The position numbers and the translations under genes were made by a program. A stretch of 64,000 nt of DNA, from contig JBAZYP010000001.1 in assembly GCA_041659265.1 (NCBI GenBank), positions 192,817 through 256,816 of the forward strand. The letters are read 5' to 3'. Below, in pieces: positions 1 through 10,700 of this stretch; the first letter of the stretch is position 1, and each line of letters begins with the position of its first letter. The stretch comes from Candidatus Pacearchaeota archaeon. GTDB lineage: Archaea > Nanobdellota > Nanobdellia > Pacearchaeales > GW2011-AR1. The notes under the pieces were generated by a model. That model ran no database searches and was not told the DNA's origin. It worked only from the letters and a program-made list of their open reading frames with translations.

Positions 1-1702
1 TTCTTGCTAAAGCTGCTGTTGAAGCTGCAGCTTCTAGGCAATAGTATCTTGCACCAAAAAATCCTTGATAACCATAAGAAGCATTTGCTAGAAGTTTAAA
101 TGCATTTGAACGAGCTTTTGATAATGGGTCTTTTTTTTCAGCATATTCTTTTTTGTATTTTTTTCTTTTTTCAATAATATCTCCTAACATTTCTGGAAAA
201 AAACCTGGTTTTTTAGAAAAGTAAACCTTTTTTTTATCAAGATCTACTTCTGTTGTATCTGATTCTTTTTTGTTTCTAAAAGTTGAACGAGAAAGATTAA
301 AGGTTACAATAACACTTCCATACATACTCGTAAAATCAAAGAATACAATATCTTCATATAAACCTGGTTTAGGTTGAAAAACAAATGCTCCTTCAAATCT
401 TTCTTCAGCCATTCTGTCTCCTATTTCAGAAATAGGTTTTTTTTCAATTATTTCATTATATTTTTCAATATTATGAATTAAATAATTTTCAACATGATTT
501 GACATTGAATATCTTGATACATTAAATAATGGTTCTCCAACTACTTTTGAAAACTCCATTAAATCAGGCCATATTTTTTCAGCTAATCTATAGGTAAGAA
601 TTGAGTCTTGAAGGTTATATTCAAAGAAAGTTTCCCATTCATCTATAGTTAATTTTGAAGAGTGTTTGAATTCAAACTTAACTTTTTTATCTCCTAAAAG
701 TTCTGAAGCTACATCGTTTAAAGACATAGTTTCTGATTGTAGATAAGGACCATAAACTACTTTAATAAATCTAAAAATATCCAAATGAACAATTCCTTTA
801 ATTTTTGCTGTCATTAATTTTCCTTTGGATAATGTTGGTTGAGTATTATCTACACCCAGGTTTAAACGTGTCTTATTTTTTTCAGCTCTTTGTCTTAAAT
901 AAGGCAGATCAAAACCATCTGAATAATAACCAGTTAGAATATCTGGAGAATATTCTTTAACATATTTTACAAAGGAATCTATCATTTCTTTTTCTGAATT
1001 AAATTTTTCAACGTAGTTATGTTTTAAAGATTCTTTTTTCCAAGATAGTACTTTTTTATAATTCTCTCCAATTAATGAAATCATTACTATTTCCCCTTTG
1101 CCTATTTCAAATTCATCTGTTTCTATATCATAGGCAAGAATTTTTGGCTTAAAATCTTCTTTATTTATCAAAGAATGTTTTTCTAGTTTAAGGCAGATAT
1201 CAACATCTAAACCTTTATCTATGCCTCCAAATTCATTAGAATTGTTTAAAATTTCTCCTTCAATTTTATACCAATGAAGTGGTTTAAATTTTTTTTCTAA
1301 AATATATTTTGTAATAAAATCTAAATCATATTCTCTTCTTTTATCTATTTCTTCAAAATCAAGCTTATTTGCAATATCATGGGCATCTTTTGCATTTGTA
1401 ATAAATATTTTTATTGCTTTAACTTTATTTCCTAGGAAGTTTTTGTTTTTTATTTCAGTAGATAATACAGAACAATTCCTCTGAGAATTTTCAATAGTTA
1501 TTTTTTCAATTTCAATTTGTAGTTCTTTTATTCTTTTTTCAGGGATATTTGGTTTTAATATTGCCCAGAAATAAATATCACAACTATCAATGATACATGC
1601 TTTTTTATTTTTGTCAGTTTTACCTATTATTCTTGCATAATTTTTGCCTTCAAAATCAAAATAATCATAATCTATTGGTATAAATTCAAATGAGTTTTTC
1701 AT
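1..1702 (-). CDS. polB: Family B DNA polymerase, N-terminal ~567 codons (3' end runs off the left window edge)
   Basis: Absent from the ORF track because no stop lies in the window. My translation from the ATG at 1702-1700 starts MKNSFEFIPIDYDYF. It contains Exo I 'ILAYDIETD', Exo II 'YYSDGFDLPYL', Exo III 'FEYNLQDS', Pol motif A 'FFDFTSMYGSVI' and motif B 'KLLANASYGYQG'. The frame was checked at the DIE codons. Confidence 0.85.
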   Translation of the reverse strand, partial: MKNSFEFIPIDYDYFDFEGKNYARIIGKTDKNKKACIIDSCDIYFWAILKPNIPEKRIKELQIEIEKITIENSQRNCSVLSTEIKNKNFLGNKVKAIKIFITNAKDAHDIANKLDFEEIDKRREYDLDFITKYILEKKFKPLHWYKIEGEILNNSNEFGGIDKGLDVDICLKLEKHSLINKEDFKPKILAYDIETDEFEIGKGEIVMISLIGENYKKVLSWKKESLKHNYVEKFNSEKEMIDSFVKYVKEYSPDILTGYYSDGFDLPYLRQRAEKNKTRLNLGVDNTQPTLSKGKLMTAKIKGIVHLDIFRFIKVVYGPYLQSETMSLNDVASELLGDKKVKFEFKHSSKLTIDEWETFFEYNLQDSILTYRLAEKIWPDLMEFSKVVGEPLFNVSRYSMSNHVENYLIHNIEKYNEIIEKKPISEIGDRMAEERFEGAFVFQPKPGLYEDIVFFDFTSMYGSVIVTFNLSRSTFRNKKESDTTEVDLDKKKVYFSKKPGFFPEMLGDIIEKRKKYKKEYAEKKDPLSKARSNAFKLLANASYGYQGFFGARYYCLEAAASTAALAR

Positions 1703-1799
1703 GTAAAAGAAATAAGGAAAATGAATATATAAATTTGTGGAAACTAAAAAAAATTCTTAATTAATAAGGTTTTAAAACCTGCAAATATATAGTCTAATT

Positions 1800-2135
1800 A
1801 TGAAGATAGTGTTGACAGATATGTTCTTAAAAAAGAGACATGAATTCAATGGAGATTTTGAAAAAATATCTATTGGAAGGGGGCTTGAAAATAGTTTAGT
1901 TATTCCAAGTAGTTTGTCTCAGGGGCCTTATTCTGAATTTAGTTCTTTTGTTTCAAGAAAGCATTGTGAGATATTGATACAAAATAGGAAATATTATTTA
2001 AAAGATAATTGCAGTGGAAATGGTACTTTTTTAAATAGGGATTTGATAGGAAATGAACCAAAAGAATTGAAAACTGGAGATTTTATTGGTTTAAGTGATA
2101 ATTATGTTCTAGCTATAGAAATTTACTATAGGTAA
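1800..2135 (+). CDS. Stand-alone FHA-domain protein 1
   Basis: FHA hallmarks in order: 'ISIGRG', 'FVSRKHCEI', 'SGNGTFLN'. The 111-aa protein is essentially the domain alone. Confidence 0.75.
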   Translation: MKIVLTDMFLKKRHEFNGDFEKISIGRGLENSLVIPSSLSQGPYSEFSSFVSRKHCEILIQNRKYYLKDNCSGNGTFLNRDLIGNEPKELKTGDFIGLSDNYVLAIEIYYR

Positions 2136-2162
2136 TTGTTACTAAATAATAGTAACAAAATA

Positions 2163-2178
2163 GAAAGCTTTAAATATA
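2163..2178 (+). promoter_or_regulatory. BRE/TATA-like box (GAAAGCTTTAAATATA)
   Basis: A purine-rich BRE-like AAAG followed by TTTAAATA, centred about 29 nt before the ATG at 2201. The same 16-mer recurs at 41089-41104. Confidence 0.5.
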
Positions 2179-2200
2179 TGTTTTTTCTAATATAATTAAG

Positions 2201-2593
2201 ATGGAATATGTTATAAAATTGATAAATGAGGACTCTTCAAAAAGTCTTGATTTGACTAAATTTCTAGAAGAAAAATCCGAAGTAGTTATTGGAAGGGGTG
2301 AAAATTGTGATGTAAGATTATTAAATGAGTTTGTTTCAAGAAGGCATTGTTCAATAACTTATCATCAACCAAGTTCATATTGTGTTTTACCTGATTTTAT
2401 TAATAGGAAATATTTATTATCAATAAGGGATTTAAATAGTTTAAATGGAACTATTATAAATAATTCTAGAATTTTAGATGATAAACCAATTACTCTAGGT
2501 GAAGGAGATCATATTGGAATTGGTGGTATAGAATATTATGTAAATATTTCAAATAAAGTTAGTTATGATTCTAAAACAAAGGAGATAAAATAA
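2201..2593 (+). CDS. Stand-alone FHA-domain protein 2
   Basis: 'VVIGRGENCDVRL', 'FVSRRHCSI', 'NSLNGTIINN'. Confidence 0.75.
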   Translation: MEYVIKLINEDSSKSLDLTKFLEEKSEVVIGRGENCDVRLLNEFVSRRHCSITYHQPSSYCVLPDFINRKYLLSIRDLNSLNGTIINNSRILDDKPITLGEGDHIGIGGIEYYVNISNKVSYDSKTKEIK

Positions 2594-2594
2594 T

Positions 2595-3056
2595 ATGGAA
2601 AGCAGTTTATTAACATTAACTTTAGGAAATAAAAAATTGATTCTTCCTAGAAGTTGCAAATTATTAACAATTGGAAGAAGTGAGTTAGCTAATATTATTG
2701 TAAATCATCCTCAAGTTTCAAGATTTCATTGTTATATTAATTTTCAAGATGAAAAATGCAATGAAAATGAAATAGCATTATATGATGGAAGTTTATATAC
2801 TGGAAGCCCTAGTTTAAATGGAACTTTTGTTTCATCTGGGTATAAGGATAGATTTCAAATGATAGGTAGTCAAGAAGATAATCTCTCTAAAGGATATATT
2901 ATAGAACCTAATGCAAAAATTAGATTGGGAAGAGAAAATGCACCAGTATTAAAATTAGAATTTAAAGAAGAATCAGTAAATTCTTTAGTTGATTGGAGAC
3001 ATAAGCACAAGGAAGGATATATAAAGAGTTTATTCGGAGGTTTATTTAAAATATAA
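2595..3056 (+). CDS. Stand-alone FHA-domain protein 3
   Basis: 'LTIGRSELANIIV', 'QVSRFHCYI', 'PSLNGTFVS'. It starts 1 nt after the previous stop. Confidence 0.7.
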   Translation: MESSLLTLTLGNKKLILPRSCKLLTIGRSELANIIVNHPQVSRFHCYINFQDEKCNENEIALYDGSLYTGSPSLNGTFVSSGYKDRFQMIGSQEDNLSKGYIIEPNAKIRLGRENAPVLKLEFKEESVNSLVDWRHKHKEGYIKSLFGGLFKI

Positions 3057-3057
3057 T

Positions 3058-3480
3058 ATGGCAAAAAAATTAGAAAAAATTGCTCAAGGAAATGAAAAAG
3101 CTAGATTTATTATTGCTTTACCTAATGTTAATATCGATGTAAGAGAGTATTCAAATCTATCAAAGGTTGGTGGAAGTATAGCTACTACATCTGCAGGAGC
3201 TGTAAGCCAATATCTTTTTAGAGAAGTTAAGAATCCAATAGTTGCTAGAACTATACTTGCAAATTTAAGAGATAGAATTGCTGGAAATGATAATTATGCA
3301 ATGAAATTAGCTGATGAATTTTCAAATGAAGATGGGACAGTAAGAACTGGTAGTGATAAACAAGATTCTGAAGAAATTGAAATATGTTATTATTTATCTG
3401 GAAGATATGGTGGAAATCCTAAATCTTATTTAGAACATTCTAGAAAGTTATTAGAAGAATTTAAAAGATTTGGATATTAA
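3058..3480 (+). CDS. Hypothetical protein, translationally coupled to the FHA triplet
   Basis: A 140-aa ORF that starts 1 nt after the FHA-3 stop. I recognise no motif. Confidence 0.5.
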   Translation: MAKKLEKIAQGNEKARFIIALPNVNIDVREYSNLSKVGGSIATTSAGAVSQYLFREVKNPIVARTILANLRDRIAGNDNYAMKLADEFSNEDGTVRTGSDKQDSEEIEICYYLSGRYGGNPKSYLEHSRKLLEEFKRFGY

Positions 3481-3546
3481 TATTTAACATTAATTTTATT
3501 TTACAATAATCTTATTAACTCTTAATTTATTATTAAATAGAAAAAG

Positions 3547-6500
3547 ATGGTGGAAATTCCAGTTATTAATGTAGATTTGAATGTAGATAAGTTTAAACCA
3601 GAAAATCTGGTTTGGGGTGATAAATATGATAAGAAAAAGGATAAGAAGAAAATCTATAAGATTTTAGCTTATCTTGCTGTAATAGCTGCATTAATTATAT
3701 TCTTTAGATTTGCGCTACTTGCATATTTGTATATAGCTAATTTACCTAAAATAAATAGTTATGATGCAAATATTGAAAGAATAGCTTTAAGTGAAGATGG
3801 AAAACAAGCTTATATTAAATTAACTGGTGGGAATCAAAAAGAGATAGAATCTATAAAATTTATATTTAGAACTAATGAATCTGAATTTATTTATGAAACA
3901 ACAGATGGGATTAAGGAAATTACTTATGAGGATAAGAGATTTTTAACTTATTTTGCTAATCCTGAATATGAAGGAAGTTATGATTATTCTATTAATGCAA
4001 TAGATATGGGTTTAGACAATTTTAAAGGAATAATAAAAGTTGAAGTTTCAATAAAATTTAAAGATGAAAAAACAGGGGAAGTTAAGGAAACTAAAACTAT
4101 TGATAGTTCTAAAAAATCAGATATTAACATTGTAAGAAGTGGAGGATCTGGTTCTGGTGGAGGAGGTGGAGGAGCTGGGGGTAGTGGAGGATCTGGAGGA
4201 ACAAGTGGAAATGAACCTATTACAACATGCAATCCAACTAAAACTTGTTTAAATTATGCTAATCTGTGCGGATCTAGAATGAGTGATGGATGTAATAATA
4301 TTTTAGATTGTTCTGCTAATTGTAAAACTGGAGAAGCCTGTTTGGGTAATTCATGCGTATCAAGTGAAATAAATCTTCCACTAACTTTTGAAACTCCTTA
4401 TAACTTGCCTACTGGTGGGAAAACTTGGTATGTGCATGATACTGGAAATATTAATATAAATGGAATTAATTTACAAGCAACAATTAATAATGCATCTTTG
4501 GGAGATGTTATAATTCTAGATGCAGGGGTTGTATATTATGGTAATTTTTTACTTCCAAATAAGAGTGGAAATGGATGGATATACATTATTTCAAGTAATC
4601 TTTCAAGTATGCCTGAAGGAGATAGAGTTGGTCCAAAAGATTCTATAAATATGCCGAAGATTTTGGCAAATCCTGAGGGCGGATCTTGTTATACTGCGTT
4701 ATTTACATTATTTGAAGCACATAATTATAGGTTATCTGGTATTGAAATCTTGACTGAAGGGTGTGTTTATTCTTTAGTAAGAATGGGATATGATATTAAA
4801 GGTGGAATCTGGAATTCTACTCCTGCAAAGACTATTGAACAACTTCCCTATAATATTACTCTTGATAGATGTTATATTCATTCAATTAATGACAGTGTTA
4901 GATCTAGAATCGGAGTTATAGCTGATGGAAGATATATTGCAATAATTGATTCATATATTTCGAATATTAAGGATTCCGCTGATGCTCAAGCAATATTAAA
5001 TTGGAATGGTTTGGGCCCATTTAAATATGTTAATAATTTTTTAGAATCCTCTGGAGAAAATTTTATGCCTGGAGGCAATGATCCTGCAATAATTGGTCTT
5101 GTACCATCTGATTTTGAAATACGTGGAAATTATTTTTTTAAACCACTTTATTGGAAAGAAAACCATTCTAGTTATAGGGGTTATAATTGGGGAATAAAAA
5201 ATTTATTTGAGATAAAAAATGCTAAAAGGTTGCTTGTTTCTGGAAATATCTTTGAGAATTCTTGGATTGATGCTCAAATGGGTTATGCAATTGTTTTAAA
5301 AGCTTCAAATGATGGTGGTAACGCTAATTGGTCTACTTTTACTGATATGATTTTTCAAGATAATATTATAAAAAATTCAGTTTCAGGAATTATGTTTAGT
5401 GCAAATGAACATTATAATGGTGGAACAACAGAAGGAATAAAAAGAGTAATAATAAAAAATAATCTAATTGATTTTACAAATTCAAATAATAATCTTCTTT
5501 CTGAATTTAATACTGATTTTTTGGTTTCATTTAGGGGTGGAGGGGTAATTGCAAGAGATATCATTGTTGATCATAATACTATGTTATCTCAAAATAATTC
5601 TAAATCTATGATAACTGCAGGCGATAGTTCAAATCAATATGAAAACGTAAGAATTACAAATAATATTTTAAGAAAAGGTTATTATGGATTTAAGGCATCA
5701 AGCACTGCTGAAGGAAATAATAGTGTAAATTATATTACTAATTGTAGTTTTAGAAAAAATTTGATGATTGAAAATATAAATCTGGGAATATATCCCTCTA
5801 ATAATCTTGGAGTTAATGATATGGGTGGAGTCGGTTTTGTTGATTTTATTAATAAAAACTATAGGTTAACTTCTTTAAGTCTTGGAAAAAACAGGGGAAC
5901 TGATGGAAAAGATTTAGGTGCGGATATTGACTCAATTGAGTATGCAACTAGATGCACACTTGATGGGAAGTGCCATACTCAATGCGTACCTCAATGTGCA
6001 AATAAGGAATGCGGTAGTGATGGATGTTATGGAACTTGCGGAAGTTGCGGTAATGGAGAATTCTGTAATTCAAATGGTCAATGTGAAAATAATATTGTGA
6101 ATGAACTAGAACCAGAACTTCCTAGATTTTATGTTGATACAAGTTATGATGAAAGTTATAATCGGCCTGCAGATATTATAGTAAGAAGTGGGGAAAATCT
6201 TCAAGCGGCTCTAGATAGTGTTCAATCTGGACAAATTCTTGAAATTGAAGCAGGAGCTTCATTTATGGGTAATTATGTAATTAGAAATAAAACTGGTAAT
6301 GATTGGATTTATATTCGAAGTTCAAGATATTCTGAACTTCCTGTTGAAGGAAATAGGGTAAATTCAAATGATTCTGATAAAATGGCTAGAATTATTTGTC
6401 CAAATCAATTTAATCCTGCTTTAAAAATAGATCCTGGAGTAAAAAATGTAAGATTAATTGGACTCGATATAACCACTAATTATAGTTTAAGAAATGATGC

Positions 6501-7641
6501 GCAATATGGGGTATTAAGAGTTGCACAAGGCGGAAGTAATAGTTTTATTTCTGAAAATATTATTATTGATAGATGTTATATTCATGGAACTCTTGAAGGA
6601 AATATTCGAGATGGATTAATGTTATATCAAGTTAAGGGGTTTGGATTAATTGATTCATATATTAGTGAAATTCATAGTGTTGGATATGAATCTCATCCAA
6701 TTCATATTTATATAACTCCTGGACCAACTAAAATCAAGAATAATTATATTGAGGGTGCTGGAATAAATTTATTTATTGGAGATAATAATGTAAGTATTAT
6801 TCCTGAAGATATTGAAATAATTGGGAATTATTTTTATAAACCTTTAACTTGGATGATAGGTCATTCTACATATGCTGGAATAAATTGGCTTGTAAAAAAT
6901 CTTTTTGAAATTAAAGCAGGTAGAAGAATATTAGTAAAAGGGAATATTTTTGAAAATGTATGGATACATGCACAACATGGGCAGGTATTTGTTATAACTC
7001 CAAGAGGTGGGGAAATTGAAGATTTGACTATTACAAATAATGTTGCAAGAAATTTTTATAATGGTGTTAATTTTAATAGTGCTGATGTATCAATAAATAG
7101 ATTATTGTTTAAAGATAATTTATTATATCAAACGAGTTTTAATATTTCTCCAACTATAATTCAACTTGCTGGAACTCCTGGAAAATATAATAATGTAAAT
7201 ATTATTCATAATTCTTTTCTTGCGAATCCCGAACATGGTTGGATTGTTTTTAATGGTGCTAGAGAAAATGAAGTAAATAATTTAAATGTTAAAGATAATA
7301 TTGCTATTCATGGAAATTATGGAATCTTTGGAAATACTTTAGGTGTTGGAATTAGGTCTGTAAATTTTTATTCAAATAATTATAATTTTACTCATAATCT
7401 ATTAATAAATAATCCTTATATAAACATGTATCAGGATAATATTACTATTAAAGGAAGTTATGTTAGATTTAATTCTTCAAATCTAGAAAATGTGGGTTTT
7501 ATTGATTATGCAAATAAAAACTATAGACTTAGTCAAACAAGTCCTTATAAAAATCTTGGAAGTGATGGAAAGGATTTAGGGGCTGATATTAATACTCTTG
7601 AAGAAGTAACTAGATGCGCAAAAGATGGCATGTGTAATTAA
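3547..7641 (+). CDS. Giant membrane-anchored surface protein with two tandem parallel beta-helix-like modules
   Basis: Lys-rich tail plus TM helix (ILAYLAVIAALIIFFRFALLAYLYI), a conserved ecto-domain and a Gly hinge (GGSGSGGGGGGAGGSGGSGG). Cys-rich knots precede each of two modules with PbH1-like turns (GNIFENSW, NNIIKNS, RCYIHS, IDSYISNI). Each module ends GxDGKDLGADI. Confidence 0.8.
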   Translation: MVEIPVINVDLNVDKFKPENLVWGDKYDKKKDKKKIYKILAYLAVIAALIIFFRFALLAYLYIANLPKINSYDANIERIALSEDGKQAYIKLTGGNQKEIESIKFIFRTNESEFIYETTDGIKEITYEDKRFLTYFANPEYEGSYDYSINAIDMGLDNFKGIIKVEVSIKFKDEKTGEVKETKTIDSSKKSDINIVRSGGSGSGGGGGGAGGSGGSGGTSGNEPITTCNPTKTCLNYANLCGSRMSDGCNNILDCSANCKTGEACLGNSCVSSEINLPLTFETPYNLPTGGKTWYVHDTGNININGINLQATINNASLGDVIILDAGVVYYGNFLLPNKSGNGWIYIISSNLSSMPEGDRVGPKDSINMPKILANPEGGSCYTALFTLFEAHNYRLSGIEILTEGCVYSLVRMGYDIKGGIWNSTPAKTIEQLPYNITLDRCYIHSINDSVRSRIGVIADGRYIAIIDSYISNIKDSADAQAILNWNGLGPFKYVNNFLESSGENFMPGGNDPAIIGLVPSDFEIRGNYFFKPLYWKENHSSYRGYNWGIKNLFEIKNAKRLLVSGNIFENSWIDAQMGYAIVLKASNDGGNANWSTFTDMIFQDNIIKNSVSGIMFSANEHYNGGTTEGIKRVIIKNNLIDFTNSNNNLLSEFNTDFLVSFRGGGVIARDIIVDHNTMLSQNNSKSMITAGDSSNQYENVRITNNILRKGYYGFKASSTAEGNNSVNYITNCSFRKNLMIENINLGIYPSNNLGVNDMGGVGFVDFINKNYRLTSLSLGKNRGTDGKDLGADIDSIEYATRCTLDGKCHTQCVPQCANKECGSDGCYGTCGSCGNGEFCNSNGQCENNIVNELEPELPRFYVDTSYDESYNRPADIIVRSGENLQAALDSVQSGQILEIEAGASFMGNYVIRNKTGNDWIYIRSSRYSELPVEGNRVNSNDSDKMARIICPNQFNPALKIDPGVKNVRLIGLDITTNYSLRNDAQYGVLRVAQGGSNSFISENIIIDRCYIHGTLEGNIRDGLMLYQVKGFGLIDSYISEIHSVGYESHPIHIYITPGPTKIKNNYIEGAGINLFIGDNNVSIIPEDIEIIGNYFYKPLTWMIGHSTYAGINWLVKNLFEIKAGRRILVKGNIFENVWIHAQHGQVFVITPRGGEIEDLTITNNVARNFYNGVNFNSADVSINRLLFKDNLLYQTSFNISPTIIQLAGTPGKYNNVNIIHNSFLANPEHGWIVFNGARENEVNNLNVKDNIAIHGNYGIFGNTLGVGIRSVNFYSNNYNFTHNLLINNPYINMYQDNITIKGSYVRFNSSNLENVGFIDYANKNYRLSQTSPYKNLGSDGKDLGADINTLEEVTRCAKDGMCN

Positions 7642-7743
7642 GTAATTTTAAAATCTTTTTTAATAATAGAAACAATTTATTTAAATTGTATTATCTTTTC
7701 AATAATCTTATTAAGTCTTAATCTTTTATAAAATTGAAAAAAG

Positions 7744-10700
7744 ATGGTTGAAATTCCGATAATTAATATAGAAGTTCCTAAACCTGAGAATCTGGTTTGG
7801 GGAGAAAATTATTCTGAAAAGAAAGATAAGAATAAAATTTATAAAATTTTAGCTTATCTAGCAGTTATAGCTGCATTAATCATATTCTTTAGATTTGCAT
7901 TACTTGCTTATTTGTATATTGCTAATTTACCAAAAATAAATAGTTACGATGCAAATATAGAAAGGATTGCATTAACTGATGATGGAAAACAAGCTTTTAT
8001 TAAATTAACGGGTGGAAATCAAAAAGAGATTGAATCTATTAAATTTATATTTAGGACAAATGAATCAGAATATATTTATGAAACTAAAGATGGAATAAAA
8101 GAAATAACCTATGAAGATAAACGTCTCTTAAGTTATTTTGCTCATCCGGAATATGAAGGAAGTTATGATTATACAATTAAAGCTTTAGATGTTGGACTTG
8201 ATAGTTTTAAGAGAATAATAAAAGTTGAAGTTTTGATAAAATATAAAGATGAAAAAAGTGGAGAGATAAAAGAAACAAAGATTGTTGATAGTACAAAAAA
8301 ATCAGATATTAATGTTGTAAGAAGTGGTGGATATGGTGGAGGAGGTGGAGGATCTGGTGGTAGTGGAGGATCTGGAGGAACAAGTGGAAATGAACCTATT
8401 ACAACATGCAATCCAACTAAAACTTGTTTAAATTATGCTAATCTGTGCGGATCTAGAATGAGTGATGGATGTAATAATATTTTAGATTGTTCTGCTAATT
8501 GCAAATCTGGAGAAAAATGTTTAAGTGGTTCTTGTGTATCGAATGAAATTGAACTTCCTGAAACTTTTGAAGTTCCATATATATTACCTGCTGGTGGAAA
8601 AACCTGGTATATTAATGATAGTGGAAATATTAATACCAATGGAGTTAATTTTCAGAATGCTCTTGTTAATGCAAGTTTAGGTGATGTAATTGTTTTACAA
8701 GCAGGTGTAACTTATTATGGGAATTTTAGGTTACCAAATAAAACTGGAAATGGTTGGTTATATATTATTTCTTCGGAACTAGGAAACTTGCAAGAAGGAA
8801 ATAGGGTAGATTCAAAGGATTCTATTCATATGCCTAAAATTAGTGCATATCCTGATGGAACAAATTGTTATACTGCAATGATAAATGAATGGGGAGCCCA
8901 TAATTATAGGTTTTCAGGAATTGAATTTGTAACAGATGGATGTGTATATAATTTAATTTTACTTGGATATCATTATTTTAGGTTAAATGAACCTATTTGG
9001 AATATTACTGGACCGGGTCATGTTGCTGATACAATTGAAAAATTGCCTTATAATATTACTTTTGATAGATGTTATTTGCATTCTACAAATGAAAGCGCAA
9101 AATCAAGAACGGGTATAATGCTTGATGGTAGATATATGGCTGTTATTGATTCCTATTTGTCAAATTTTAAGGATAGAAGTGATTCTCAAGCAATAAATGT
9201 TTATAGTGGTCCTGGACCTTATAAAATTGTCAATAATTATCTAGAATCAACTGGTGAAAATTTTATGTCTGGTGGAACTGATCCAAACATTTTAAATTCT
9301 GTTCCATCTGATTTTGAAATTATTGGAAATTATTTTTATAAGCCGGATAAATGGAATTCGAATAGTCCTGAATATAAAAACATAAGCTGGTGTATTAAAA
9401 ATTTGTTTGAACTTAAAAATGCACAAAGATTAATTGTTTCAGGAAATATATTTGAAAATAATTGGGGAATTTGTGGTGGACAAAGAGCAACTGCAATTGT
9501 AATAACTCCTAGAAATCAAAATGGCATGGCAAATTGGTCAGTTGTTCAAGATTTAATTTTTACAAATAATATAATTAGAAATTTTGGTTATGCTATGCGA
9601 GTTTTAAGTAATGATGATCTTCATAAATCTGAAATTACAAAAAGAATTGAAATAAATAATAATATTTTTGATGTTATTAATCATAATTATTATACTGGAT
9701 ATGGAATTGGATTTTCTTCTCCTTATAATAATACTCCATCTTATAATGTAGTTGTAAAAAATAATATATTTTTACATAATTATACTGGTGGAAGTTTTAT
9801 GTATGTTGGATTTGATCCATTAAAAATTACTCATTATTCGGTTCTTGATAATTTTACATATGAAAATAATATTGCAACACATGCAAATTATGGATTATTT
9901 GGAGATAATATTGGTACTGGAAATGATGCGATAAATCATTATGTTGATAATTATATTTTTAGAAGAAATTTATTAATTAATCGTCCAATTGATAGAACTT
10001 ATTCTTATTGGATAACGCATTTCTCAAGTTCATATCCTCCTGATAATTTAATGGTTCATAATATAAGTGAGGTAGGTTTTATGGATTATAATAATCAAAA
10101 TTATAGGCTTTTATCAATAAGCCCTGGAAAAAATAATGGAACTGATGGGAAAGATATTGGACCTAATTATGATACCATTGATGAAGCAACAAGATGCACA
10201 CTTGATGGTCAGTGTTATATGCAATGTTTTCCTAATTGTTCGGGAAAGGCTTGTGGTAATGATGGATGTAGTGGAAGTTGTGGAGTATGCAATAATGGAG
10301 AAAGTTGTATAGATTATAATTGTGAAATAAATTCTAGTAATTCAGATAAGATATGGTTTTTCGATTCATTCGAAGGAATGCTTCCAAAGGCTTGGAATTC
10401 TTCTATATGGGGTGAAGCATGGGACAATGATTCGGTTATCAATGTAAATAGTGAAATAGATTCATTAGGAAATTCTATAGGTGCTGCACTTAGCGGGGGA
10501 AATCAATCTTATAGGCAATGGTGGAATGGGCAAAATGATATTGGTAGTTGGTCAACTGCTGGCGGATTATATTCAGATTTTTCAAGAATTACTCAAATGC
10601 CTGATAAACTTGGAGAAAATGATACATTTTATTTAAGTTATCATATTAAATATGATCCTCAATTTTTTTGGGGAGATACAACCGGGTTAAAACAGATTAT

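Noticed and set aside
3984-4232. Minus-strand 82-aa ORF rich in proline (also 8169-8411 and 8433-8639).
   Set aside because: It is the antisense reading of the GGN-repeat Gly hinge inside the large surface-protein genes. It has no independent start context and is a shadow ORF.
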